Assembly: GCA_977017575.1 (NCBI GenBank)
Contig: CDRNVI010000073.1
Coordinates: 86,421-150,420 of the forward strand
Length of the DNA: 64,000 nt
Direction of reading: 5' to 3'
Source: Paramoeba atlantica
Taxonomy: Eukaryota; Protista; Discosea
The translations under genes were made by a program, and so were the position numbers. The notes below the pieces were generated by a model, which had not been told where the DNA came from, did no database searches, and saw only the letters and a program-made list of their open reading frames with translations. Positions 11,401-20,733 of this stretch are shown in pieces. Each line of letters begins with the position of its first letter. Positions within the stretch are counted from its first letter, which is position 1.

Positions 11401-12935
11401 ATAAATCTTTGCGTGAGTTATTTCGACGTTATCATCGAAGATCTCAGGTCCATTCGTCTCTCATTACACACAAAGGGGGTAGTGGCAAGAATGCCTTTCA
11501 AACCGATGATGCTGCTTGGCTCAACGTGCCGCTTATTACAGAGAGAGAAAACAAATCTCTCAGTACTTCCGATATTTCGTCTGATATTCCGTTGAATTCG
11601 TCAACTTCTAGCACACGTAGCCGTCGCGAAGTTCTTTCTGAACTTCGCTCTCCTATTTTGCTTTTTTCTGACCAATGCTGGGCAGTTGGTTGGTGCCCTC
11701 CCGAGTGCAACACCATAGAAAATATTTTACAAAACCTTCAAAAGTTAAACTCGAGGCCTTTTAGTCCATCCAATGCTTTGAAAACCGGGAAAAGTGAAAT
11801 GGAGGAAATCTCTGGTGAAACAGATAGTGAATCGAAGTTGGAATTATCGCATTCACATCGGTGGGTGAGTTCGTCTGATTTATACTGCGAGGCCTCATCG
11901 CAATCTGCTCCTTGTTACGTTTTCTTTCGGCGAGTGAATCCTTTGCGAAGTGCATCAGGGCCTATAAGGCCGGAGGCAGATTCCTCTACTCCTATAAAAG
12001 GTTTCAGTAATAACACAAACCAAAAATGTCTGCCAATTCGTACGAAAACAAAAAATACGCTTCGTTCCAAATTAATTGATGCATCCAACGTGTCTGCATC
12101 GGATTTTCCTACGGGAATTTGTACGTGGCGTTATTTTGCCTTGGCAACTCTTTCTTCTCTGTCCTTTGACGTGACAAATGTGTCTACGACATCGGAAGCT
12201 CTTTGGAAGTCGTCTCCCTTTCTTTCCGCCCTTACTTCTGAAACAAACAATTCTGAAGATGCTCTTTACTGGGATGTGGATCTTAACAATCAGACGATTT
12301 ATCAAGGCAAATTACCGCAATCCAACGCATGGCTTGATGCAAAACATCGTACTTTTTCTAAATGGGTGCCTTTTCCTCAATTTCTAGACTTTGTAGCTTC
12401 CATAACTTCCTATCCTCCATCTTCCCGATACGCTCGTGTTTCCCTCTTAAAACAAATGCCTACCGTTTCGAATCCTCACATCTCTCCACGTTTCTTATCA
12501 AAATTCGGCACAGATTCTCCTTTTTCGATTTCTCCAGAAAACAAATCCAACAGCGTAAAAACAAATCCTGCTTCTTCTCCCCGTATAGTTTCGAATTCTG
12601 TATTTGCGATACAAATTACTACACGACACGACACGCAACATTATCCGGTAGAAAGTACCGTTCTGCACGAACACACGCTGCGACATTCTGTTCTGAAACC
12701 TCTAGGGCTGAAACTATTTGGAGAGCAACCTGAAATTGGACAGGACGACTTATTCTTGCTATCTGGAAAACCCTCGGATAGACAAAAAGAAATGGGAAAA
12801 AAGACTTTGTTGGCTATTCCTAAAGAAGGGGTGTCGTGGTGTCCACTGGAAATACGACTGGGTCCTTATTTTGTCGAGTCAACACCTCCACGAGATATTT
12901 ATGAATGGTATCGTTCGCAAAATATGGGAGGATAG
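8427..12935 (+). CDS. Large hypothetical protein (~1500 aa) with WxxAL helical repeats and a possibly degenerate RluA/RluD-like pseudouridine-synthase C-terminus
   Basis: Long uninterrupted ORF (first ATG 8427). Motifs LWQQAL, LWSLAL, CWKTAL, FWSLAL. The C-terminal LFSDQCWAVGWCPP / FRRVNPLRSASG / LRHSVLKPLGLKLFGE / ESTPPRDIYEW series parallels RluD motif order. The domain call is by-eye inference. Confidence 0.6.
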   Translation: MRSIERTSCAAIPHLANHGSFCSICSSNSSFSALGFQRASLSSVASATWQESLLFYQNQLQCPVPQFRTRVHAADSTLHSLHRLSLTNAHPKIGSMACFILRTLHARAPKHGNRIPQKTIFDALRLLISQGVCDLDKEISCFSDIRESGFSDAPSKWKLATLFLTTYGSSGSLLSTVKSLYCYELQSYYWLSRVGKLSVQDDVLPSVLDILSEGNKIHYPTTSMHDEFLKMMRMFLDHVSSRKSNLNDVNALAAPGTSLTLLCFFLHSALACLSFSKPSDSQEGLPLLSDTNCLRANKSLADSRTEDVSEHISKNVLQVLQSLNVIIQTESPLKGQQKAYGAHYTVLDNLLQTPSRDFTKTSLCDKRGKTILFLNALLHFFLCWVPQNTALETLHTFFLRQDPPSQTCASSSAAHGSLKDPNKDSVVFPLYSKCTYTSQLLEFYASHQKFELHEQLIARIIPFPTQQEIQTVLSKNILSIISSDAHSPASFLPSSAWDLQQRNGALDSNASESYRSFRLALSSASLSEMTQNLTVRKASRRERYRSLCKVYRKTLRIGSKGKKVISSCSPPPVLSSVKNLISLLSPRIPFSSFSKHSEAFFALLRFSHTHKMSSTQTKTLLHLLRRRLPEGTPVLKTLGDASSVFTHSFVSESFLPHYSHHQNQILLQTLANEGKWDSLLQLWPHLSTTHPENRHKLLYCFRNAIVSTTQTINRVKLWQQALQFVSSQDFADQNVASEVLLLLSLSPGKASWSNVLYGYARGQASGKQTNTEATLESSLNASHVLHALCSVVEKYSYGKETREGKFSSVKQAQKYDLQKNTNADLWSLALQCYQTSSFHKFFTANHVLRVLVHSSPRSCWKTALSLLCQEPRVFSHHLHRSLWCRIWASLPSSAFLRNDKAKNTTSGVVWDILEKLPSTTFPDLFWSLALTTLRRCDLMRSENTELKRFASDSIMQGDALIKTNPGLQQACLSSTYFTEIMEHLSRRSILPNKSLRELFRRYHRRSQVHSSLITHKGGSGKNAFQTDDAAWLNVPLITERENKSLSTSDISSDIPLNSSTSSTRSRREVLSELRSPILLFSDQCWAVGWCPPECNTIENILQNLQKLNSRPFSPSNALKTGKSEMEEISGETDSESKLELSHSHRWVSSSDLYCEASSQSAPCYVFFRRVNPLRSASGPIRPEADSSTPIKGFSNNTNQKCLPIRTKTKNTLRSKLIDASNVSASDFPTGICTWRYFALATLSSLSFDVTNVSTTSEALWKSSPFLSALTSETNNSEDALYWDVDLNNQTIYQGKLPQSNAWLDAKHRTFSKWVPFPQFLDFVASITSYPPSSRYARVSLLKQMPTVSNPHISPRFLSKFGTDSPFSISPENKSNSVKTNPASSPRIVSNSVFAIQITTRHDTQHYPVESTVLHEHTLRHSVLKPLGLKLFGEQPEIGQDDLFLLSGKPSDRQKEMGKKTLLAIPKEGVSWCPLEIRLGPYFVESTPPRDIYEWYRSQNMGG

Positions 12936-13233
12936 TAAAGAATTTCCTTCGGAGTGACGTTTGGGTAATCCTATTTGTTTTATACCCGTAGCTTTGGTTT
13001 CTTTTATGAAAGTTTTGTTTTTTTTTACTACATTTTCTGTGCAACTTAAGCTGCGCAAATTACTTGTTTTCTTGCTGTCGCATATTTTTTCCACATCTTT
13101 TTGTAGGCAATAGAGTTGCAACACGGTTGTTAATGTTATCCCTATACAGGAATTTCCACTCACCATTACCTTTACTTTTGTATTTTATGTTCATCAATTT
13201 CGTTGTTTCTTTAACTTCCCCTTCTTCTTTTAC

Positions 13234-14190
13234 ATGAGCCAAACTTTTTCATTGAGTCAGACATATTATAAAGGGGCTAACGCAATTAGCCCGGCCTCTG
13301 TCATACTCACTCCCCCCTCTCCCCTTTCCTCTAACTCTCTCTGCACTACAGGGATGAGATCGCGGTACACGCGATCCTCTTCCTCATACGAGATAAAAAT
13401 CTCACAGTGTCCGGTGCTTCAAGAGGCACAAACCTCAGAAAGGGAAGAGGAAAATCCTACAGACACATTTCTTCCTCCCCCCCACGCAATATCCGCGTGC
13501 TGCTGTTCCTTATGCAGCTGTGGGGGAAACGGAATTCTGTCTTCCCCGGAATCCTTTTTATATTCCCCCAATGCCCGAAATCCCCATCGGGTCGTCGTTC
13601 TGGATTTCGAAACGACCGGGCTTTCGAAAAAAGCCCAAATCATACAAATTGGGGCAGTGGAGGTTGTGGGGAGTTTACCCACAGGGAATACGTTTTATAC
13701 CAACGTACTTCCCTGTACGGAGATCGAGAGAGGGGCTACGAGGGTCCACGGATTTCGAAACGCGGACCTTGAGGGGGTAAATTCTTTTTCCCGCAGCCCC
13801 TCTTTCGACATTGTATTTCTTTTTCTTATGAATTTTATAGCCGGATCCCCGATTGTGGGGCATAATATCCAATACAATATAGGTATATTAAGAAAGGAGG
13901 CGAAGCGCATTGGTTCAAATCTTCCAATGTGCGAAATTATTTGTACAATGAAAACGTTTCGTCGGTATTATCCGGGGAGAAAATTGGCACGGCTAGAAGC
14001 TGTGGCCAATTTCTTCACTTTAAATACAAATAATAAAAAGCCTGTTTGATTTTCGCAGTCTGAGGTGCACGATGCATTGACAGATGCACTTCTTACTGCT
14101 AAAATTTATTGTATTTTTCATCGCATGGCATATGTTCACATAGGACACGATATTGAAGAGTCTTGTGTGGTAAAATCAGAAGACATGTAA
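13234..14190 (+). CDS. DEDDh 3'-5' exonuclease (DnaQ/epsilon-like) interrupted by in-frame TGA at 14047-14049; possible pseudogene
   Basis: ExoI VVLDFETTG; ExoII GHNIQYN (Asn where Asp is usual); ExoIII VHDALTDALLTAKIY lies in the same frame after the TGA and ends at TAA 14188-14190. Confidence 0.75.
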
Positions 14191-14290
14191 CGTTTATGCG
14201 ATTTCTCCTTTCTATAGAGTCGTTTTTTTGTACAGTAAGCGTAAGCATGTAAATATGTAGATATAGCCTTAAATATTTTTTTATTTTTCT

Positions 14291-14398
14291 TTTTTAAGCT
14301 CTTCGTTAAACGCAGTGGTTGTTTTCAACTTAGAATTCACTCGTGCTGCGCGCTTCACGCTGAAAACTACCATCGCGTTTAACGAAGAGCCTAAAAAA
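14291..14398. repeat. Palindromic cassette copy A (~40-bp inverted arms, ~29-nt asymmetric core)
   Basis: TTTTTAAGCTCTTCGTTAAACGCAGTGGTTGTTTTCAAC-ttagaattcactcgtgctgcgcgcttcac-GCTGAAAACTACCATCGCGTTTAACGAAGAGCCTAAAAAA. Confidence 0.9.
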
Positions 14399-14860
14399 GA
14401 AAAATTGACAAAAGATTATGAATAATCTACTTTTTTGGGGGGAAAAGCTCGATTTTTCAGCAAACATTGCGAAATTTTACACCGAATTTGGGCCGTTTTG
14501 GATGCCTTACCAGTAGGGGTAAGAGGCGAATCTGACGAAAACGACGTCGTAGAATGGTAGCTGAGGTCACAAACTCCTAAAGCACGTTCTAGGAGTCGAT
14601 TTTGGAAAAATAATATTTTTGCTTTTTTTTGGGTCAAAAAAAAAAAATTGGTCGCCCCAAAACTTTTGACCTTGTCGGAATCCTCCTGCGCGTACCAGGG
14701 GGGGTACCCCCCCCGGGGGGGGGGGGGGGGGTGAAAAATTATCGCCGCGGCTTACTCTACTACTTACCTGCTCTCGATTTTGAAAAGCAAAAAATTCGAA
14801 ATAAAAAATCGCGTCGTATACCCCCCCATGGATCTTACAAAAAACTCGATCTTACATATA
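14399..14860. repeat. Diverged inverted copy of the core repeat module, then a G/C-run module also found at ~55200-55440
   Basis: 14400-14620 weakly resembles the reverse complement of the ~440-bp core. TTTTGGAAAAA..GGGTCAAA..GACCTTGT..CCTGCGCGTACCAGGGGGG..CGATTTTGAAAAGCAAAAAA recurs at 55200-55380. Confidence 0.65.
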
Positions 14861-15467
14861 AATAACTCGATCAGCATGCATACTTCTTATTCTACATATA
14901 AATGCTTTAATTACTTTCACAAGTTCTCAGTCTTAGATTCGGAGTCAGTGCACTAGCGGAGGCGCATTGTTCCGCGTTTTAGAAGGCATATTCCCGACTT
15001 TTATCTTCCTTGCGAAGGTATCGACTTAGCTGTGAATATGCTACCGCCCCGTTAAGCTCCTGCAGCAATAACTGAAATTCGGCGTAGACCCGTTTGCGCT
15101 GCATTCCACAGGCATCTGCGAGGGCATCCATAAGAGCCTTCGTGTTTGAATGCATTGCACCCCCTGAGAGGACATTGAAAGCTTTCGGCCATGATCTTCC
15201 CGGTCTTGACATACATGTGTAACATACATACTGTATGTGTAATGTTTTCGTCGACAGGCGTCGTGGAATAAATGTGCACACTTCGTGTCAAGGTTTGAGG
15301 GTGCCAGTTCGTGGATGACTGTTAGATCGTAGTATACGTAGTATACACACTCTTTTTTTCGAATTCATCTTTTATCTTCAAAACGAATTGATACCAAAAC
15401 GACTTTCCTTGTATTTTTTTCACAAAAACGGCCACTTTCTCCTTAGTCTTTTTTCTCTTCTTCCTAC

Positions 15468-16331
15468 ATGCTCTGGTCTTTTTCCTTTTGCGACACCTTA
15501 CCTCACATCCCCCCCTCGCGTCCCGCCAAAGTGAGTCTTGCGAATCTTCCACACGAGTACGAACTCGCACGTTTGATCCGAGACGTCCAACCCCACTCTC
15601 CATCCTGGACCACAGACACTCGTGCGTGTCAGTGGTACGGGGTGAAATGTGACACCACAGGGGCTGTGCTGGAAATTCGATGGATTTATCAAAATCTTGT
15701 CGGCCCTCTTCACTTTGTTCACCTCCCACGAACCGTAAAAACGTTTCGAGTGATTGAGAATGCGTTAAACGGTGCTGTTGAACTGACAGCGTTGCCGCGC
15801 AGTCTTCACACATTAGGCCTCTCGTATAACCGTTTTTCCGGGAGTTTAGATTTGACGGCTCTCCCCAACGGTGTGCAGTTTCTATATCTCAATGAAAACG
15901 GGTTTACGGAAAACGTTTGTTTAAGTGATCTACCGGTACAACTGGTACGGTTGTATCTACAGAACAATCAACTCACGGGGTCAGTAGACCTCACTTCACT
16001 CCCCAACAATATGATGTATTTATTGTTACGTCATAATCTGTTCTCGGGAGAGGTCTCTTTGCATTCTCTTCCGCCCGATTTGTTTGAACTCTCGCTTCAC
16101 CATAACTATTTTACGGGGGGCTTATCGCTTACCCAGCTATCTCCTCGACTAAACTACATGGACATAAATGATAACGTATTAGTGGGGCCTGTAGATGTTA
16201 GAGACCTTCCAAAGTTTTTACGTTGTCTGGATTTGTCAAACAACATTGGGCTATATGGAGAAGTGAGGCGAAGCGAAATTCCGGGAACCATGGATCTTTG
16301 TGTCAAGAACACAAAGATTGTCATCTTTTAG
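15468..16331 (+). CDS. Leucine-rich repeat protein
   Basis: SWTTDTRACQWYGVKC cap; many LxxNxFxGxLDLTxLP repeats. Confidence 0.9.
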   Translation: MLWSFSFCDTLPHIPPSRPAKVSLANLPHEYELARLIRDVQPHSPSWTTDTRACQWYGVKCDTTGAVLEIRWIYQNLVGPLHFVHLPRTVKTFRVIENALNGAVELTALPRSLHTLGLSYNRFSGSLDLTALPNGVQFLYLNENGFTENVCLSDLPVQLVRLYLQNNQLTGSVDLTSLPNNMMYLLLRHNLFSGEVSLHSLPPDLFELSLHHNYFTGGLSLTQLSPRLNYMDINDNVLVGPVDVRDLPKFLRCLDLSNNIGLYGEVRRSEIPGTMDLCVKNTKIVIF

Positions 16332-16705
16332 GGGTCGTTTAAAACACTGTTCCTTATTGCTCCTACGCAAAAACAACTACATGTAGCTTTGCACGTGTCA
16401 AGATATGCACACAAAGGTTCAAATTACGAATACCGCCCTAAAATACCACCCTTTTGCGTCGACAGAAGCTGTGTCAAATCTTTGTCAAAAATTTGTTTCT
16501 GCAAAAACTACACTAGCATGTGTCGGCCTTAATATGCCTTGAATGAGCGATGATTGATAATGGGCGAACTTAGATCATATCTGAGGCTTAACACTTCTTA
16601 AAACTACGGTGTTTAATTAAAGATGGTCATTCTTCGGCTCCATTTTTTTTAACTGTTTCTTCTTGCTTTTTTATCTTCTTTTCTTTAAAGGGAAACGACA
16701 TCTCT

Positions 16706-17368
16706 ATGGTTATGCGAAAGGAAGGCAAATCGAAACGTCCTTTGTCCTCTCCTGGCCGTAAGATGACACAACCCACTCCTCGCACTTCTCCAAAAGTCTC
16801 CCCAACAAAGACTCAATCTACACACACATTCGAAGATATGAAAGAACCTCTTACGTTAAAACGATTGTCTTCTCTCTATCACGCACTGTTGGATGATTCT
16901 TCTGTATTGCCGCGAGAGGTTTGTGGGAAAATACGACGCATCGGCTCTCTGGATCATAAATTACGTGCCGCACTACACACATTGCTCATCTATACGGAAT
17001 CGGATGTAAATGCCAACTTTCCGGACGCCTTTAGTGATTATTCAAACGAAATTGTAGAGGCATCAAAAAGGACAACATCACAAAACATTGCTGATAGCTC
17101 TCCTTGTGATATCAGGCCTCTTTCAAATGATTTAGATTCTACTAAGAACATCTCTACACAATCGGATACGATAAAATATGAACACATCAACTTGGGTGAC
17201 CTTCCATCAAGTATCGAAGGAGGCGTAGTTACCGAACTTGAAGACCAGGTTTTGGAATTCTCGCTCGAAAAAGAAACTTTAGCAACGGAGGCGTTGGGCT
17301 TGTGTCACGCACTTCAACTCAGAATCCTTGATTGCTTAGAAAAATGCAAAGCTATTTCTTCTACATAA
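16706..17368 (+). CDS. Hypothetical protein (220 aa)
   Basis: ATG-initiated ORF after a pyrimidine tract, same strand as neighbours; no recognised motif. Confidence 0.6.
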   Translation: MVMRKEGKSKRPLSSPGRKMTQPTPRTSPKVSPTKTQSTHTFEDMKEPLTLKRLSSLYHALLDDSSVLPREVCGKIRRIGSLDHKLRAALHTLLIYTESDVNANFPDAFSDYSNEIVEASKRTTSQNIADSSPCDIRPLSNDLDSTKNISTQSDTIKYEHINLGDLPSSIEGGVVTELEDQVLEFSLEKETLATEALGLCHALQLRILDCLEKCKAISST

Positions 17369-17689
17369 TTAATTTTCTTCCCTCTGGTACTTTAAAACTA
17401 TTCCCTTTCCAAATCCCTTATGATACAATCCCAAAACCACAAATTCACTTTTTCCTCAATTTTAAATTTTTTTCTCCCCTCTTCGTATTTCTCCCCCATG
17501 TCTCTCCAACCCCAATCCCCTTACCCCCTCCGAAAACCTTACCATTCATCTTTGAACCGAAACTTGTGACGACTCCCCGAAGGTACTCCAACCACATGCC
17601 AAATCCCGTTTCACCGCACTTTCCTCCTTAGCGCGGTGAAGACAACACGCAGCATGTCTAACGGGAACGCACGCATTCCCTTCATGTCC

Positions 17690-18560
17690 TATCGTATAGT
17701 TGCACTCGGAGCATGGTCACCCTGTCACAGCTCTTGACGAATTATGTCTCGAATGGAATCTCGTGATCGATGGAGGGTGTTTACAATGACTCGTCAACAT
17801 TCCAACCGTGCGATCCAACTTTACACCTTTACCAACTTTACCTGAGAAATCTCCGATACGTTCGATGGGACGTTCGACGGGACATGCCCTGCGGGTCCCG
17901 GTCTCTGTAAAGTGTACAAGATCCAAGTGTACCCTAGATCGACCAAGAACATTTTGTCTTGGTGGTGAGTGAACAGAGGAGTTCGACGCACACTAGTATC
18001 TCTCTTATAAATTTTGGCATCATGCATGCTGCCAACAACTGGTCCGCGAAAAAAGAATAGAACTCCGGCCAGAGTTAGCCAAACTTCCATCTTGATGCAG
18101 TGCTGCTGGTGCTTTCCCGAATAGGTGCTGTCTTGGGTGGTTCCATCAGGTGTTTCTCTCGGTTTCCCGAGAGATCCCGTGAACGACACGGGATCGTCGT
18201 GACGTCCAGCATGCAGGTTACGTCAGATAACCATGATACTCCCTGGGTAAACCGGAGCTCGGGGTTCATAAGCAGGGGTGAACGGCACACGAGTAAAATC
18301 ATCCCGGAGAGTCCGAATTGAAATCAACGGGGCGTCCAGTGGGATCCACGCCCTTTGAACATCGTACAACTGTTCCCATGTGCAATTCAGAGAACAGATG
18401 CACAATGATGACTGAACGCGACGGTAATCAGTCTCCGTAACATCGGATCCATGCACACGTCGGAGCTCGTTGTAGAACTCCCGCACCTGTGCAGCCGAGA
18501 TGCCAAACGTAGAGAGAGGGAATGAAACAATTGAAAGAAATTTCGATTTAGAAACAAAAT
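17690..18560 (-). pseudogene. PIF/Harbinger-ISL2EU (DDE_Tnp_4-like) transposase relic with several in-frame stops and no frameshift
   Basis: One frame reads FGISAAQVREFYNEL...VI*RNL...YSGKHQQHCIKMEV...GSMHDAKIY...FLVDLGY...KV*SWIARLEC*RVI. The YSGK, GSxHD, DxGY and VExxIARLKxW-like motifs are typical of this superfamily. Stops at 18223 (TGA), 17821 (TAA), 17794 (TGA), 17725 (TGA). Confidence 0.75.
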
Positions 18561-18717
18561 GAGTAGGATTGTATTATAATTGGGCGGAAATATTTTAGCG
18601 TGCACTCGTAATTAGTGGAATGAAATAGCAATTAGTGGAATGAGCTAGTAAATGGGGATAATTGTAATTGCCGAAATCGGCGCTCCTTTCCTCACAGCAT
18701 CAAGATAATCAATAGAT

Positions 18718-20157
18718 AAAACTTTTGGGGAGGGGGAGCACTCGATGAATATTCATCGAACGGACAGTGCGTTCGATGAATATTCATCGAACAGGACATC
18801 CTGTTCGATGAATGGATTGCAGTACGACCCGTTCGATGAATCATTCATCGAACAGGATGTCCTGTTCGATGAATGAAAACGCAATTTTTTTTTGTAAAAA
18901 AAAAGCTCGTTTCGGTCTGCATCATGCTCCTGGCTGCTACCTTGATCCGTAAGACAAAAACAAATCCGAAACGTTATCAAAAAGCGGAAGGATTCTTAAA
19001 ACTATTGCCTCATAAGTTTACAAAGATAAAATCATAACTTACAAATACACAAACCTGCGGAAGTGGCAGACACAGGTCCTCAGTGCGCGACCCAAAAAAT
19101 ATTGGGTTGGGGGTACGTTCGTTGTACTCAACGAACTGCCGGATTTTCGTTGAGTACTCAACGAACGGAAATTTACGGTGCAAGTCAAGGACTTTTGCAT
19201 ATGTCAAGGACTTTTGTGGAACACCCAAGAATTTTTTTTGAATTTCATTTTCCGTGCGTTCAGTATCCTACACTTCACTATATACGTTGACAACGCCTGC
19301 GTAGCGAAAACTACGAAATTCAGTGAGCTTCGCAAATTGCTTCCCACTAACGACGCACAGGGGAATCCTACGCGGGGTACGGCTCAGGCCCGCTCACGCG
19401 GGCCCTCGCCGTTTCGCGGCCGCGCGCACCCCCGCTCACGCGGGGGCCCCCGCGCGGCCAAAATGGGTACTAAAATTTGTTATCAAGGTAGCTGGGCTTC
19501 GCAAATTGCTTCCCACGAATCTAGAGAGAAGCACACGTACAATAATCTTTAACGATAAAGATATAGTTTCTGTACCTTGTTGATTATTTACTTTTTTTAC
19601 CTTTCATGGGAGTGTTCACACGCTCCAAAGCAAAAGAATCAGGAGTAGCTCCTGAGATTTTGCCGCTCCCTCGTGCCCGATGGAAAAAGAAGGCCGTGAT
19701 GCCAACTCATCCGCCCGCCGTGCTAATATCCACCACCTCCGCATGGAGCGCGCGGGTCGCCAAAAAATATAATTATGTCCCAGGGCTACGCTCACAGTTG
19801 GGCCTTGCTCGCAAAGGGGGGCTTTTGCCTCCAGAAGCGGGCTACGCTCACAGTTGGGCCTTGCTCGCAGACGGGGGCCTTGCTTGCACACTTGGGCTTC
19901 GCTGACAGTTGGGCCTTGCCTCCAGACATGTAAACGAGATGGTAATGTTCAAATTCCCCCCAAAAAAAATCGAGACGAAAAATTCGTGCAGCAGTGCCCG
20001 GTGGATGAATGATTCATCGAACGCACTGCCCGTTCGATGAATATTCATCGAACGGGACGCCTGGTCATCGAACGGGACGCCGTTCAATGAATATTCATCG
20101 AACGCACGGTGCGTTCGATGAATTTTCATCGAATGCCCCCCCTGGCCAAACTTTTTA
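18718..20157. mobile_element. Non-autonomous foldback/MITE-like element with imperfect terminal inverted repeats and subterminal arrays of the palindrome GTTCGATGAATATTCATCGAAC
   Basis: Palindrome arrays at 18742-18873 and ~20004-20134. The left end AAACTTTTGGGGAGGGGGAGCACTCGATGAA resembles the reverse complement of the right end TTCATCGAATGCCCCCCCTGGCCAAACTTTT. Ends are approximate. Confidence 0.65.
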
Positions 20158-20733
20158 CTCACTCTTTTTAATGATTCTATATAAATAAGTTATTTTTTTA
20201 AAGAAAATATATAGAAACCATTTCAATAAAGAATTACGTGGTACGATCGTCGAATTTATCTTTCATAAGTTATCCGAGAATCATTTGAGTCTACTTACCG
20301 CGTCCTCTGGGTTCTCTTCGGATTTCACGTATCGGAATTTAATACAAATATCTCTCTTTTGGTTCATGGTTAAGACGCGTTTAAGCTCACCTGCAATGAA
20401 GTCGGATCGTGCTACAACCCCATTCTGGCCATTTTGAAACCGTGCTCTACTGATCTGTTGTCGGTTTATCGCTGAAAGTATGTTGCAAATGCATCAATTA
20501 GTGTGAGGAGAATACAGGAAAAATACTCAAACTTTTTGCAAGATAAGATGTACTGCCTTTACAAACGGTGAAAACTCATAAAAATGAGAAAAGTTCGACC
20601 AACAAAAAGCTCTGTAGAAAGCCTTTTTTACAGGAAAATGTACGACTTTTTCTTCAAAAAATAATTGGTATGGACTAATAAGGACTGCGTGGAACAGCAT
20701 GCGACAAGGGATTAATTTTACTAGAATGAGACC

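Noticed and set aside
14979-15281. 100-aa minus-strand ORF as a gene
   Set aside because: No recognisable motif, opposite to the cluster strand, and within chance length.
18742-20134. Palindromic repeat-spacer arrays as a CRISPR array
   Set aside because: Spacers are mostly only 8-10 nt, there are few units, they lie at both ends of an inverted element, the context is eukaryotic and no cas genes are present.
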